Part shown: positions 10,380 to 20,730 of the stretch, one piece after another
Position numbering within the stretch: the first letter of the stretch is position 1
Layout of the letters: each line of letters opens with the position of its first letter
Assembly: GCA_963810095.1 (NCBI GenBank)
Contig: CAWEMM010000011.1
Span: 288,001 to 352,000, forward strand
DNA from: an uncultured Chloroflexia bacterium
GTDB lineage: Bacteria; Chloroflexota; Anaerolineae; CG2-30-64-16
Reading direction: 5' to 3'
DNA: 64,000 nt
Made by a program: the position numbers and the translations under genes
Notes under the pieces: model-generated
Seen by the model: only the letters and a program-made list of their open reading frames with translations
Told to the model about the DNA's origin: nothing
Databases searched by the model: none

Positions 10380-11432
10380 CGGGCAACGAAGCCGCACGCC
10401 ACCAACCAGCACGCTATGCCCAGATCCTCGCGACCGGCCGCTACGTGCCCGAACGGGTGATGACCAACGCGGAGTTTGAGCCGCTGGTGGGTAAGCCCGT
10501 CGACCAGTGGCTCGTCGAGAAGGTCGGCATCCGCGAGCGACATGTCATGGCGGACGACCAGGCAACGTCGGATCTCATCGTGCCCGCCTGCCGGCAAGCA
10601 TTGGAACGCGCGGGGCTCGAGCCGGCGGACGTGGACCTGATCGTCGTCGCGACCGACACGCCCGACTACATCAGCCCGGCCACAGCTTCGGTGGTGCAGG
10701 CGAAGCTCGGGGCGGACCAGGCGGGGACCTACGACGTCAATTGCGCATGTGCGGCGTGGGTGACAGGGCTGGACGCGGCTGCGCGCATGATCGCGACGGA
10801 CCCGGACGTGAACCGGGTGTTGGTTGCGGGTGCGTACGGCATGACCAAGTTCCTGGATTGGCACGACATCTACACGGCAACCCTGTTTGCCGACGGCGCG
10901 GGCGCGGTGGTGCTTGGGGCCGGCGCCGAGCCGGGTTTCGTCGCCGGCAAACTCGTCGGCGCAGGCGACTATCACGACGCGCTCGGCATCTACTCCGGGC
11001 GGCACCTACCGCCCCGTCACCGACGCCAGCATGGCCGAACACGGACGGCCGCGGGTGCAGTTCGTCAAGAAGTTCCCGGCGACGTTCAACAGCGAGAACT
11101 GGCCGCAGTTGGTCAATGACGTCTGCCGCAAGGCCGGGTGGACGGTGGACGAGGTCGATTTCTTCCTGTTCACCCAGCTGAACCTGAGGACGATCGAGGA
11201 CGTGATGCAGCGGCTCGGCCAGCCCATGAGCAAGACCCACTGGATCATGGACAAGTGGGGGTACACCGGCTCCGCCTGCATCCCGATGGCCCTGGACGAC
11301 GCGGTGGAGCAGGGCAAGCTAAGCCCGGGCATGAAGGTGGTTTTCTGCGCCACGGGCGGCGGCATGGCCATGGCCTGTGATGCGTGGGTGTGGACGAGCG
11401 AGCTGGCATGGCACCCTGATCCAACTGATTGA
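10376..11432 (+). CDS. KAS III (FabH)-like protein 2 with degenerate His/Asn sites, frameshift near 10998
   Basis: TGRYVPERVMTN, GIRERH, DVNCACAAW, LFADGAGAVV, then FTQLN and WGYTGSACIPMAL in the second frame. Confidence 0.85.
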
Positions 11433-11501
11433 ACTGGTGTTCCTGATGCACCGTGGAAGAATCAGGTAAATCAGTCCGATCTGTTCAATCTGCGTGCTAT
11501 T
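11407..11501. repeat. Palindromic repeat family A, copy 2 (supplies the stop codon of KAS III-like 2)
   Basis: catggcaccctgatccaactgattgaactg...atcagtccgatctgttcaatctgcgtgctatt. Confidence 0.75.
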
Positions 11502-11521
11502 TCCTCCCCGGAGGGCGTGAT

Positions 11522-13066
11522 ATGTACATCGGGGACTATCTCGGGCGGCGAGAGATTTACAGCCCGGAAAAGATCGCCATTATCGACGCGGGCAAGCCCG
11601 GCGAGCCGCAGTATACCTATCGCCAGATGAACGAGCGCGCGAATCGCCTCGCGAATTACCTGCGCGACGAGGTCGGCGTCGGCAAGGGTGACCGGGTGGG
11701 CATCTTTGCCCGCGATGGCATCGAGCACCTGGACCTCTTCTTCGCCCTGTCGAAACTCGGTGCGATTCACGTCGCGTTCAACTGGCGCCTCCACCCCCAG
11801 GAGCTATGCCGCCTCGCCGAGCTGACGACGCCCAAGGCCCTCGTCTTCTCCGACGACTTCCGCCCCACGATCGCGCAGCTCCAAGCCAACCCTGCCTCGG
11901 GCACGATCACGCGCTACCTGCACATTGACGGGGAGGGCATCCCCGGGAGCAGCTTATTTGCAGAGGCGCGCGACGCTTCGTCCGGCAGTCCCGTCACTTG
12001 CGAAACCCTTGAGGCCGAGAATATCGCCGCGCTGCTCTTCACCGGGGGCACAACCGGGCTGCCGAAGGGCGCGGAGATCAGCCACCGCCAGATCGCCTGG
12101 AACACGCTCAACACAGTGATTCACGACGTGACGCACAACGACGTGTACCTAAACGTCTTCCCCATGTTTCATACCGGCGGCTTGTTTGTGTACACGCTGC
12201 CGCAGGTCATCTTCGGCGGCACGACCATCCTCACCCGCCAGTTTGATCCGGGGCAGGTGCTCGACTTGATCGGGCGGTACAGGGTGACCGTGTTTGGCGG
12301 CGTGCCGACGATGTACCAGATGATGACGCAGGCGCCCAACTGGGAAACGGCCGATTTATCCAGCCTCCGGTTTTGCACTTCGGGAGGCGCACCACTGCCG
12401 GTGCCGTTGGTTCAGAAGTACACTGCCGAGAAAAGCATTCGCTTCAAGCAGGGCTTCGGGATGACCGAGTTTGGACCGGGCATTTTCGCACTGGCGCCGG
12501 AGGATGCTTTGCGAAAGGCCGGTTCGATCGGCCGGCCGAACTTCTACGTAGATGCTCGCATCGTGGACGAAGACAACCGTGCCTTGCCTCCCTTGCAGGT
12601 CGGCGAGCTGGTGCTAAAGGGACCGAGTTACTGCTCAGGCTATTGGGCGAACCCGGACGCCACTGCGGGAGCGGTAGACACGGAGGGCTGGTTCCACACG
12701 GGTGACGCGGCCTATTGCGACGAGGAGTGGTACTTCTTCATCGTCGACCGAATCAAGGACATGTTCATCTCGGGCGGTGAGAATGTGTACCCGGCCGAGA
12801 TCGAAGCGGTGCTTTACCGGCACCCGGCCGTCCACATGTGCGCGGTCGTCGGCGTGCCCGACCCTAAGTGGGGGGAAGTCGGCGTCGCGTGCGTTATCGG
12901 GAAGCCGGGGGCAACTGCCAGCGCAGAGGACCTGCTGAGCTTCCTGTCCGAGAACCTCGCCCGGTACAAGGTGCCCAGGCGGGTAGAGTTTGTCCAGGCG
13001 CTGCCTATTTCGGCGGCCGGCAAGATCCTCAAGCGTGAACTGAGAGAACAGCTGCTGCATTCGTAG
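11522..13066 (+). CDS. Acyl-CoA ligase (AMP-binding) 1
   Basis: FTGGTTGLPKG, GFGMTE, WFHTGD, DRIKDMFISGGENVYPAEIE, GKILK. Confidence 0.92.
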   Translation: MYIGDYLGRREIYSPEKIAIIDAGKPGEPQYTYRQMNERANRLANYLRDEVGVGKGDRVGIFARDGIEHLDLFFALSKLGAIHVAFNWRLHPQELCRLAELTTPKALVFSDDFRPTIAQLQANPASGTITRYLHIDGEGIPGSSLFAEARDASSGSPVTCETLEAENIAALLFTGGTTGLPKGAEISHRQIAWNTLNTVIHDVTHNDVYLNVFPMFHTGGLFVYTLPQVIFGGTTILTRQFDPGQVLDLIGRYRVTVFGGVPTMYQMMTQAPNWETADLSSLRFCTSGGAPLPVPLVQKYTAEKSIRFKQGFGMTEFGPGIFALAPEDALRKAGSIGRPNFYVDARIVDEDNRALPPLQVGELVLKGPSYCSGYWANPDATAGAVDTEGWFHTGDAAYCDEEWYFFIVDRIKDMFISGGENVYPAEIEAVLYRHPAVHMCAVVGVPDPKWGEVGVACVIGKPGATASAEDLLSFLSENLARYKVPRRVEFVQALPISAAGKILKRELREQLLHS

Positions 13067-13097
13067 CCCATACTCCGAGAGACAAAGGAGCGTTGAC

Positions 13098-14162
13098 ATG
13101 AATGATGACATCCCAACCTTGCTCGGCATCACATCCACCTTCGTCGACACGCCGCGGCTGCGCACGCACGTCCTCTCGTGTGGCCCGACGAGCGGCGTTC
13201 CGATCGTCTTCATCCACGGCAACTTCTCCGCCGCGACTTACTGGGAAGAGCTGATGCTGGCCCTGGCCGAGCGCGGCTTCCGCTGCGTCGCGCCCGACCT
13301 GCGCGGCTACGGCTGGAGCGAAGATAAGCTGATCGACGCAACGCGCGGTTATCGCGACTGGAGCGACGACCTGCACGCACTCGTGACCGCGCTGGCCCTG
13401 CCCCCCTTCCATCTTGTTGGTTGGTCTGCGGGAGGCGGGGTTGTGTATCGCTACCTGGCGGATCACCCCGCCAACCTGCTCAGCGTCACGCTCCAGGCCC
13501 CGGTCAGCCCGTACGGCTTTGGCGGCTCGAAGGGGCTCGATGGAACGCCCTGCTACGCCGACTTCGCCGGCTCGGGTGGGGGCGTGGTCAACCCGGTCTT
13601 CGTCCAGCGCATCCAGATGGGCGACCGCACGGCCGACGACCCGAATTCGCCCCGCAACGTAATCGCCGCGTTCTATTACGCGCCGGGTTTCGTCTCCGAG
13701 CGGATGGAGGACTACCTGACCGCCGCGCTCCAGGAAAAGACAGGGCCCGAGCGCTACCCGGGCGACTTCGTACCGTCGCCCAACTGGCCCAACGTGGCGC
13801 CCGGTGTGCTGGGGCCGGTCAACTGCTGGTCGCCCAAATACCTGGCCGAAGATGCACCCGACGTCCTGGCCGCGGAGCCCAAGCCGCCGGTCCTGTGGAT
13901 CCACGGCGACAAGGACCTGATCGTGGGCGACATGTCGATGTTCGATTTCGGCGCGCTGGGCAAGTTGGGCTACGTTCCCGGCTGGCCCGGCGACGAAGTG
14001 TACCCGCCACAGCCGATGGTCGGCCAGACGCGCGCTTTCCTCGAGCGTTATGCGGCGGCGGGCGGACACTTTCAGGAAGTCGTGATCGAGAACACCGGTC
14101 ACTCGCCCCACATCGAGAACCCGCAGGAATGGCTGAATGCGTTCCTGGAGATGGTGGGATAG
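13098..14162 (+). CDS. Alpha/beta hydrolase with GWSAG lipase box (PhaZ-like esterase/depolymerase candidate)
   Basis: VFIHGNFS, APDLRGYG, VGWSAGG, HGDKDLIV, GHSPHIE. Confidence 0.85.
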   Translation: MNDDIPTLLGITSTFVDTPRLRTHVLSCGPTSGVPIVFIHGNFSAATYWEELMLALAERGFRCVAPDLRGYGWSEDKLIDATRGYRDWSDDLHALVTALALPPFHLVGWSAGGGVVYRYLADHPANLLSVTLQAPVSPYGFGGSKGLDGTPCYADFAGSGGGVVNPVFVQRIQMGDRTADDPNSPRNVIAAFYYAPGFVSERMEDYLTAALQEKTGPERYPGDFVPSPNWPNVAPGVLGPVNCWSPKYLAEDAPDVLAAEPKPPVLWIHGDKDLIVGDMSMFDFGALGKLGYVPGWPGDEVYPPQPMVGQTRAFLERYAAAGGHFQEVVIENTGHSPHIENPQEWLNAFLEMVG

Positions 14163-14215
14163 GCGGGGCCAACAGGTCCACCGCACCGCCCGTAACCGTG
14201 AATTGGAGTGGAGTG

Positions 14216-15274
14216 ATGCAGCGAGAACCGAAGATGACGTTGAGCCAGATAGAAGCAATGCGTTCTGGGGCCCGCACCGCCGTTCGCACGTGCATGGGCG
14301 TGGGTCCGGCCGACCGGGTGTTTGTGCTGACCGATCGTGTCACGAACACGATCGGCCGGTTGTTGAGCGAAGAAGCGGACGAGGCCGGTGCGCAGGCAGT
14401 CATATACGACCTGGAGCACTTTGGCCCGCGGCCCATGACCGAGTTTCCCGACAACCTGCGCCGCGAACTATTGAACTACCGGCCGACGGTCACGTTCTAC
14501 GCTGCGGCAAGCCAGCCGGGCGAACTGCCGTTCCGCATGGCGCTCCGGGTGTTCCTCGTGCAGGACCTGAAGGTGCGGCACGGACACATGCCCGGGGTGA
14601 CGCCCCAGCTGATGGTGGAAGGTATGCGCGCGGACTATAAGGTTGTCGCCGCGCTGACCCGCGCCGTGTATGACCTGGGCCGGGAGACACGCACCATCCA
14701 CGTCACGACGCCGGATGGCACCGACCTGACCGCGCTGATCAGCCCCCGCCTGCGATGGGTGCCGTCGACCGGCATCTACCACGAACAGGGCCAGTGGGGC
14801 AACCTGCCCGAGGGCGAGACGTTCACCTGCCCTGAAACGCTCGACGGACGGCTCGTCGCCCATATCCTCGGAGATTACTTTAGCGAGAAGTACGGCGTCC
14901 TGGAGCACCCGGTGATCTTCCACCTGGCAGACGGCCGCGTCACGGCGATCGAGAGCCAGAATCGCGACGTCGCCATCGAGGTCACTGAGTACCTGGACTC
15001 TTCTGAGAACGGCCGCCGGGCTGGCGAATTTGCCATTGGCACCAACGTCGGGCTGAAGAAGCTCATTGGCAACCTGCTGCAAGACGAGAAGCTGCCTGGC
15101 ATTCACGTCGCGTTCGGCAATCCCTACCCCCACGAGACGGGGGCTGACTGGACGTCCAACGTCCACGTCGACGTGATCCCGATCAACTGCACCATCACGA
15201 TGGACGGCCAGACGGTGATGCAGGATGGCCGTTTCGACTACGAACTGCTGGGGGTCTCACCCAGCGGACGCTGA
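14216..15274 (+). CDS. Aminopeptidase T-like (M29) metallopeptidase
   Basis: GNLPEGETF, GEFAIGTN, LQDEK...HVAFGN and HVDV in the C-terminal part of ORF 13421..15274. Confidence 0.8.
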   Translation: MQREPKMTLSQIEAMRSGARTAVRTCMGVGPADRVFVLTDRVTNTIGRLLSEEADEAGAQAVIYDLEHFGPRPMTEFPDNLRRELLNYRPTVTFYAAASQPGELPFRMALRVFLVQDLKVRHGHMPGVTPQLMVEGMRADYKVVAALTRAVYDLGRETRTIHVTTPDGTDLTALISPRLRWVPSTGIYHEQGQWGNLPEGETFTCPETLDGRLVAHILGDYFSEKYGVLEHPVIFHLADGRVTAIESQNRDVAIEVTEYLDSSENGRRAGEFAIGTNVGLKKLIGNLLQDEKLPGIHVAFGNPYPHETGADWTSNVHVDVIPINCTITMDGQTVMQDGRFDYELLGVSPSGR

Positions 15275-15305
15275 CGCGCACGCGGAACCGCAAGGAATGT
15301 GAGCC

Positions 15306-16857
15306 ATGTTCATCGGCGACTGGCTCGGCCGGCGAGCCAACCTGACACCGGACAAGGTCGCACTCATCGACGCTACGGGCGCCGCCGAGCGCAGCATCAC
15401 GTATGCAGAGTGGCACCGCCAGGCCTTGCGCACGCAGCACTTCCTGGTTGACGAGCTGGGCGTGACCAAGGGCGACCGGGTGGCAGTGCTTGCCGCAAAC
15501 AGCGTCGAGTATCTGGATGTATGGTTTGCCCTGGGCAAGCAGGGGGCCATCCTCCAGAATCTCAACTGGCGGCTGGCCGTGCCCGAGCTCGAGCGCGTCT
15601 TGCTGGATGCGGAGCCGGTCGGCACTGATCTACTCGTCTGAGTTCGGCGGACAGGTGGACGAGCTGCGGGGCCGAGTGCCCTCGATTCGTCACTGGATTG
15701 CGTTCGACCGGCCCAACCGCGATGACATGCTCTTCGGCCGCCGCGAGCTGCACCCCGACACGCCGCTCCCAGACGTAGAGCTCGCCTGGGACGATCCGTG
15801 GGTGCTGTGCTACACGGGCGGCACGACCGGATTACCCAAGGGCGCCGTGCTCACCCACGGCAGCATGGCCGCCAATTCGATCAACACCGTCATGAGCTGG
15901 GGCGTGACCCCAGACGACGTCGTACCGCTGATTAGCCCGCTCTTCCATACGGGTGGACTCAACGTCTTCACCCTGCCCCTCGTCCACATCGGCGGTACGA
16001 CGGTCGTCACCCGGGGGTGGAACACGGACCAGATGTACGACCTGGTCGCGCGCCGCGCAATCACGCTTTTCTTCGCCGTGCCGACCATGTTCGTCATGCT
16101 CCAATCGGACCCGCGCTGGGAGAGCACGGACTTCACCTACCTGAAATACGTCATCAACGGCGGTGCACCCTGCCCACTGCCCATCTTCGAGAAGTGGTGG
16201 GCGAAGGGCGTGCCGTTCAAGACGGGGTACGGCTTGACGGAGGCGGGGCCGAATACGTTCTGGCTCCCCGAAGCGGACGTGAAGCGAAAGCCCGGTTCGG
16301 TCGGCCACCCGCTGTTCCACGTCGACGTGCAGGTTGTCGACCCCGACTCCGAGCGGCCGTGCAGCCCGGGGGAGGTCGGCGAGCTGCTGATCAGGGGCCC
16401 GCACGTCTGCCGCGGCTACTGGCGCAACCCCGAGGCGACCGCGGCGGCGTTCCGCCCCGCGAAGGGCGACCCCGATGGGCCAACATGGCTGCACACGGGC
16501 GACCTGGCGCGCTGCGACGAGGAGGGTTTCTACTACATTGTCGGGCGCTGCAAAGATATGATTATCTCGGGCGGTGAGAACATCTACCCTGCCGAGGTGG
16601 AGAGCGCCATGCACGCGCACCCGGCGGTCGCGTCAGCTGCCCTCATCGGCGTGCCCGACGAGAAGTGGGGGGAGGTCGGCAAGGCGTTCGTCGAGCTCAG
16701 GCCGGGCGCAAAGCTCGAGGAGGCCGAGCTGCTCGACTTCCTGCGCGGCCGGCTCGCGCGCTACAAGGTGCCAAAGTCGGTCGTCTTTGTTGCCGCGATG
16801 CCCGTGACGGCCGCCGGCAAAATCGATAAGCAGGAACTGGCCCGCTCGTTCGCCTGA
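15306..16857 (+). CDS. Acyl-CoA ligase 2, frameshift near 15620
   Basis: MFIGDWLGRRA N-terminus joins YTGGTTGLPKG, GYGLTE, WLHTGD, GGENIYPAEVE, GKIDK. Confidence 0.9.
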
Positions 16858-16860
16858 GCC

Positions 16861-17548
16861 ATGCAGATGGAAGCACTGGAAGCCATTGCCACCCGCCACG
16901 GCGTGCTGCGTTACCGGCCCGACCCGGTTGAGCCGGACAAGATCCAGGCGGTGCTGGAGGCTGCGATCGCGGCCCCCAGCCCGGCCAACCTGCAGCCTTG
17001 GGCCTTCGTGGTCGTTACAGACCCCGGGGCGTGCAGACCAATTGCGCGCTACCTGGTCGACGTGCAGGAGCAGCGGGTGTTCCGCGAAATGCTGGGGATG
17101 CCAGCCGGCTCCACCGAACGGCTCATGGGCTTGTACGAGTCGTTCGACCGTGCGCCGTGCTTCATCCTGCTGTGCCTCGAGCAGAAGGCGTCGTTCGCCC
17201 GGCCCGAGCACGAGGGCGTGCTGCGGCAGTGGCACCTGGTGAGCCTGGGCGCGGCCATGCAGAGCCTGATGATCGCCGCAACCGCGCTCAGGATTGGGCA
17301 CGCGCTGGTTTGGCGGTTTCGCGCTGGACGACGGCGGCGGGCCCTTGAAGGAGATGCTTGGCATCCCTCCGGCGGTCGAGATAGTGGCCGCCACGCCGCT
17401 GGGTTACCACGACGAGCCACCCAAGCCCAGACCCGGGCAGGCCCGGGAGGATATCGCCGGGTTCGCCCGGGGCGACAGCCGGGCCCTGGGCCGCTTGCTG
17501 AGGGGCAAGCTGCCGCTGGCCGAGGTCGTCCATTACGGGAAGTGGTGA
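16861..17548 (+). CDS. Nitroreductase family protein, frameshift near 17290
   Basis: TRHGVLRY, AAPSPANLQPWAFVVV, then GTRWFGG and TPLGY in the second frame. Confidence 0.85.
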
Positions 17549-17583
17549 AGTGACCAGCCGGCGCCCGGCTGGGGGTAGGTCTT

Positions 17584-18122
17584 TGTTGGGGGCCGGTCCC
17601 CAACGCCCCCGCCGGGGGGCTGCGCCCCCTCGACCCCCAAAGAGGTTAGGGGGAAGGATCATCCGCCGAACGATTCCTGCGGCCTGGATGGGCGGCGGGG
17701 CCAACAGAAACGAGCTCGCACAGAACTGGCATTGCGGGGTTCGCGATCCAATCGGTCCCGAGGCCGTGGAGGCCTGGTATGCGCGAAGCATGAGGCACGC
17801 CAGGAGCGTAGCATTTGGGGGTCTCGGGGGCAGCGGCCCCCGAGGCGGGGGCGGCGGGGGCCAGCCGGCCCTCGCCAAACAATCGAAGCACCTTATGCCA
17901 GGCTGACAGAAACGAACTCGCACGGAACTGGCATGGCGGGATGCACAATCCAATTGGTCCCAAGGCCCTGGAGGCCTGGTATGCGCGAAGCATGAGGCAC
18001 GCCAGGAGCGTAGCAATTGGGGGTCTCGGGGGCGAGGCCCCCGAGGCGGGGGCGGCGGGGGCCAGCCGGCCCTCGCCACAACGATGATAGGTCCCAGGAC
18101 GCGGGCCAGCCGGCCCTCGCCA
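17584..18122. repeat. Family C inverted-repeat element with an internal ~175 bp tandem duplication
   Basis: Forward unit 17584-17641, reverse units ~17813-17877 and ~18015-18078, partial unit ~18103-18122. 17704-17880 and 17906-18080 are near-identical direct repeats. Confidence 0.8.
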
Positions 18123-18175
18123 AAACGACGCAATCGACATCCGGGCGATGATGCTCACCTCAGAGAGGAGCAGGG

Positions 18176-19696
18176 ATGTACACATTCGATTGGCTGGCCA
18201 AGCAGGCCGACATGCGGCCGGATAAGCTTGCGCTCGTAGACGCGGCAACCGACCGCTGCTTCACCTATGCGGACTTCCACCTCCGCGCCAGCCGCTTTGC
18301 CGAGTTCCTTCGCGACGAGTGGCGCATCGAGCCCGGCGAACGAGTCGCTCTGCTCGCCAACAATTCCTCCGACTACTTCGAAATCCTCTGGGGCTGCGCC
18401 AAAATCGGCGCGATCCTCGTCTGCCTTAACTGGCGCTTGGCAGCGCCCGAGCTCGAGTTCATCATGCGCGACTCCACCCCCGTCGCGCTCATCTATGACC
18501 CGCCCTTTGCCGCCTCGGCCGGCGCGCTGAAGGAACGCCTGGGGCTGCACCGGATGATGACGCTGGCGCCGGAAGCCGGGGCCGGCGAATGGGCGTACGA
18601 GCCGGCCCTGGCACATGCGTCGGGGAAGCCCATCGTCATGCCCCCGCGCAGCTTGAACGACGTCTGGCACATCCTCTACACCGCGGGCACGACCGGCCAC
18701 GCGAAGGGGGTCCTGCAGACGTTCGGCATGGTCTTCTACAACGCGCTCAATATCGGGCTCAAGATCGACCTGACCTCCGAGGACGTCACGCTCAACCTGC
18801 TGCCCTGCTTCCACACCGGCGGCCTCAATATGTACGCCAACCCCACGTTCCACGTCGGGGGCACCGCCATCATCCAGCGCACCTTCGAGCCCGCCGAGAC
18901 GCTGCGCCTGCTCTCCACCCGCACGACCGCTTTCTTCGGCGTCGCAGCGATCTACCTCTTTCTGAGCCAGCACCCGGACTTCGAGCACACCGACCTGTCC
19001 CGCGTCCGGTCCTGGGCCGACGGCGGCGCGCCGATCCCGACGAGCCTGCTGCAGCTCTACCGCAAGAAGGGCATCGACATCCGGTTTGGTTTTGGCATGA
19101 CCGAGACCGGGCCCACCGTCTTTCTCATCGACCAGGGCTATCCCGACAGCAAACTCGGCTCGGTGGGCAAGCCCTGCCTGCACGTGGACGTACGGATCGC
19201 CGACGCCGAAGGGCGCGATCTGCCGCCGGGCGAGCGCGGCGAGCTCCTGATCAAGGGCCCGGGCGTGACGCCGGGATACTGGCAGCTGCCGGACATCACG
19301 GCCAAGAGCATCGAAGACGGCTGGCTGCACTCGGGCGACGTGGCTATGCGCGACGAGGACGGCTACTTCTACATCGTCGACCGGGTCAAGGACATGTACA
19401 TCTCGGGCGGCGAGAACGTCTACCCCGCGGAAGTGGAGAACGTCATCTATCAGCTGCCGCAAGTGTCAGAAACGGCAGTGATCGGCGTGGCCGACGAGAA
19501 GTGGGGCGAGGTCGGCCGTGCGCTCGTTGCCCTACGGCCGGGCCAGGAACTGACCGAGGCTGCGATCATCGAGCACTGCCGGGCCAACCTGGCGCGCTAC
19601 AAGGTGCCGCGCTCGGTCGTCTTCGTACCGGCGTTGCCGCGCAACCCCGCGGGCAAGGTCGTCAAGGGCGAGTTGCGCCAGCAGTTTGGGAAGTGA
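18176..19696 (+). CDS. Acyl-CoA ligase 3
   Basis: YTAGTTGHAKG, GFGMTETGP, WLHSGD, GGENVYPAEVE, GKVVK. Confidence 0.92.
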   Translation: MYTFDWLAKQADMRPDKLALVDAATDRCFTYADFHLRASRFAEFLRDEWRIEPGERVALLANNSSDYFEILWGCAKIGAILVCLNWRLAAPELEFIMRDSTPVALIYDPPFAASAGALKERLGLHRMMTLAPEAGAGEWAYEPALAHASGKPIVMPPRSLNDVWHILYTAGTTGHAKGVLQTFGMVFYNALNIGLKIDLTSEDVTLNLLPCFHTGGLNMYANPTFHVGGTAIIQRTFEPAETLRLLSTRTTAFFGVAAIYLFLSQHPDFEHTDLSRVRSWADGGAPIPTSLLQLYRKKGIDIRFGFGMTETGPTVFLIDQGYPDSKLGSVGKPCLHVDVRIADAEGRDLPPGERGELLIKGPGVTPGYWQLPDITAKSIEDGWLHSGDVAMRDEDGYFYIVDRVKDMYISGGENVYPAEVENVIYQLPQVSETAVIGVADEKWGEVGRALVALRPGQELTEAAIIEHCRANLARYKVPRSVVFVPALPRNPAGKVVKGELRQQFGK

Positions 19697-19699
19697 GCG

Positions 19700-20101
19700 A
19701 TGGAGCTTAGGGTAGGGGCCGTTGCCGTGGCGCGGCGCACGTTCACCCAGGAAGACTTCAACCGCTTCGCCGGCCTCAGCGGCGACGACAACCCGATCCA
19801 TGTGGATCCCGAGTTCGCCGCCCGCACGCGCTTCGGCCGCACGGTGTGCCACGGCATGCTGCTGTACAGCTCCATTTGCGCTGCCCTGAGTCGGGAGCTC
19901 GACCCCGCGTTCGTGCAGCACGAGCAGGAACTGATGTTCCTGACGCCCACGTTTGCGGGTGAAGAGGTCGAAATCCGCCTTGAAGTCACCGGCCTGGCGC
20001 CAGACGCGGGGCTCGCCGAGCTCGCGACGGTGATCTACCGTCCGGACGGCGCCATTGCCTGCCAGGGTCGGACACGGATCGGCGCGGGCCGGCGCCGGTG
20101 A
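19700..20101 (+). CDS. MaoC/PhaJ-like (R)-specific enoyl-CoA hydratase
   Basis: FAGLSGDDNPIHVD...HGMLL hydratase-2 motif. Confidence 0.88.
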   Translation: MELRVGAVAVARRTFTQEDFNRFAGLSGDDNPIHVDPEFAARTRFGRTVCHGMLLYSSICAALSRELDPAFVQHEQELMFLTPTFAGEEVEIRLEVTGLAPDAGLAELATVIYRPDGAIACQGRTRIGAGRRR

Positions 20102-20156
20102 GTCGGCGCGGGAGGCAGGGGAGCAGCACGCCGCGCACGAGGCGGCGAGCGAGGGT

Positions 20157-20598
20157 GTGACACTCAAGGGGCTGCGCATCGGCCAGACCGCTCAGGTCGA
20201 ACGCGTCTTCACCGCCGGCGACCTTGCCGAGTATGTCGCGCTGACCGGCGACACGAATCCCGCCTACCTGGCCGGCCGCAGTGCCGAGGTCACGGGCTTG
20301 CAGGTCCCGAACGGGCTTCTGGGCGGCCTCTTCTCGTTCCTCCTGGGCACTCGGCTGCCCGGGCGGGGCACCAACTGGCTCAAGCAGCGCCTGGTCTTCC
20401 CGTCGCCCGCTGCCGGCGGCGCGCTGGCCCGGCCGGGCGACCCGGTCACCGCGCAGGTCGAGATTGTGCGGCTGCGCGCCGGATAAAGACCTGGTGAACC
20501 TGCGAACCACCTGCACCTGGCCAGCGGAGTGCGCCGTGTGCCGGGGCGAGGCTCTCGTCCTCGTGAAGGATCTCGAATCGGCTCGGGCGCCGGCGTGA
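20157..20598 (+). CDS. Second MaoC-like hotdog domain, frameshift near 20480; possibly fused to the preceding gene
   Basis: YVALTGDTNPAY, GLFSFLLGTRLPGRG, then DKDLVNLRTTC...GEALVLV. Confidence 0.75.
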
Positions 20599-20730
20599 CA
20601 TGCCGTCGCTGAGAGTTTGCCCGGCTCACTGTGGGCCGGAGAGGAGGTGCCTGACTCACCGCACATCCTGCGCTTGAATAACCGGCCTGTCGTTCATCCA
20701 CTTGGACACATAACCATGGAGGGGAGAAAC

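Noticed and set aside
13421-14215. Apparent 265-aa N-terminal extension on the peptidase
   Set aside because: It is an alternate-frame overlap with the hydrolase gene; the real start is about 14216 or 14234.
17550-18248. Several 80-280 aa ORFs in the spacer
   Set aside because: Low-complexity translations of the GC-rich repeat units.
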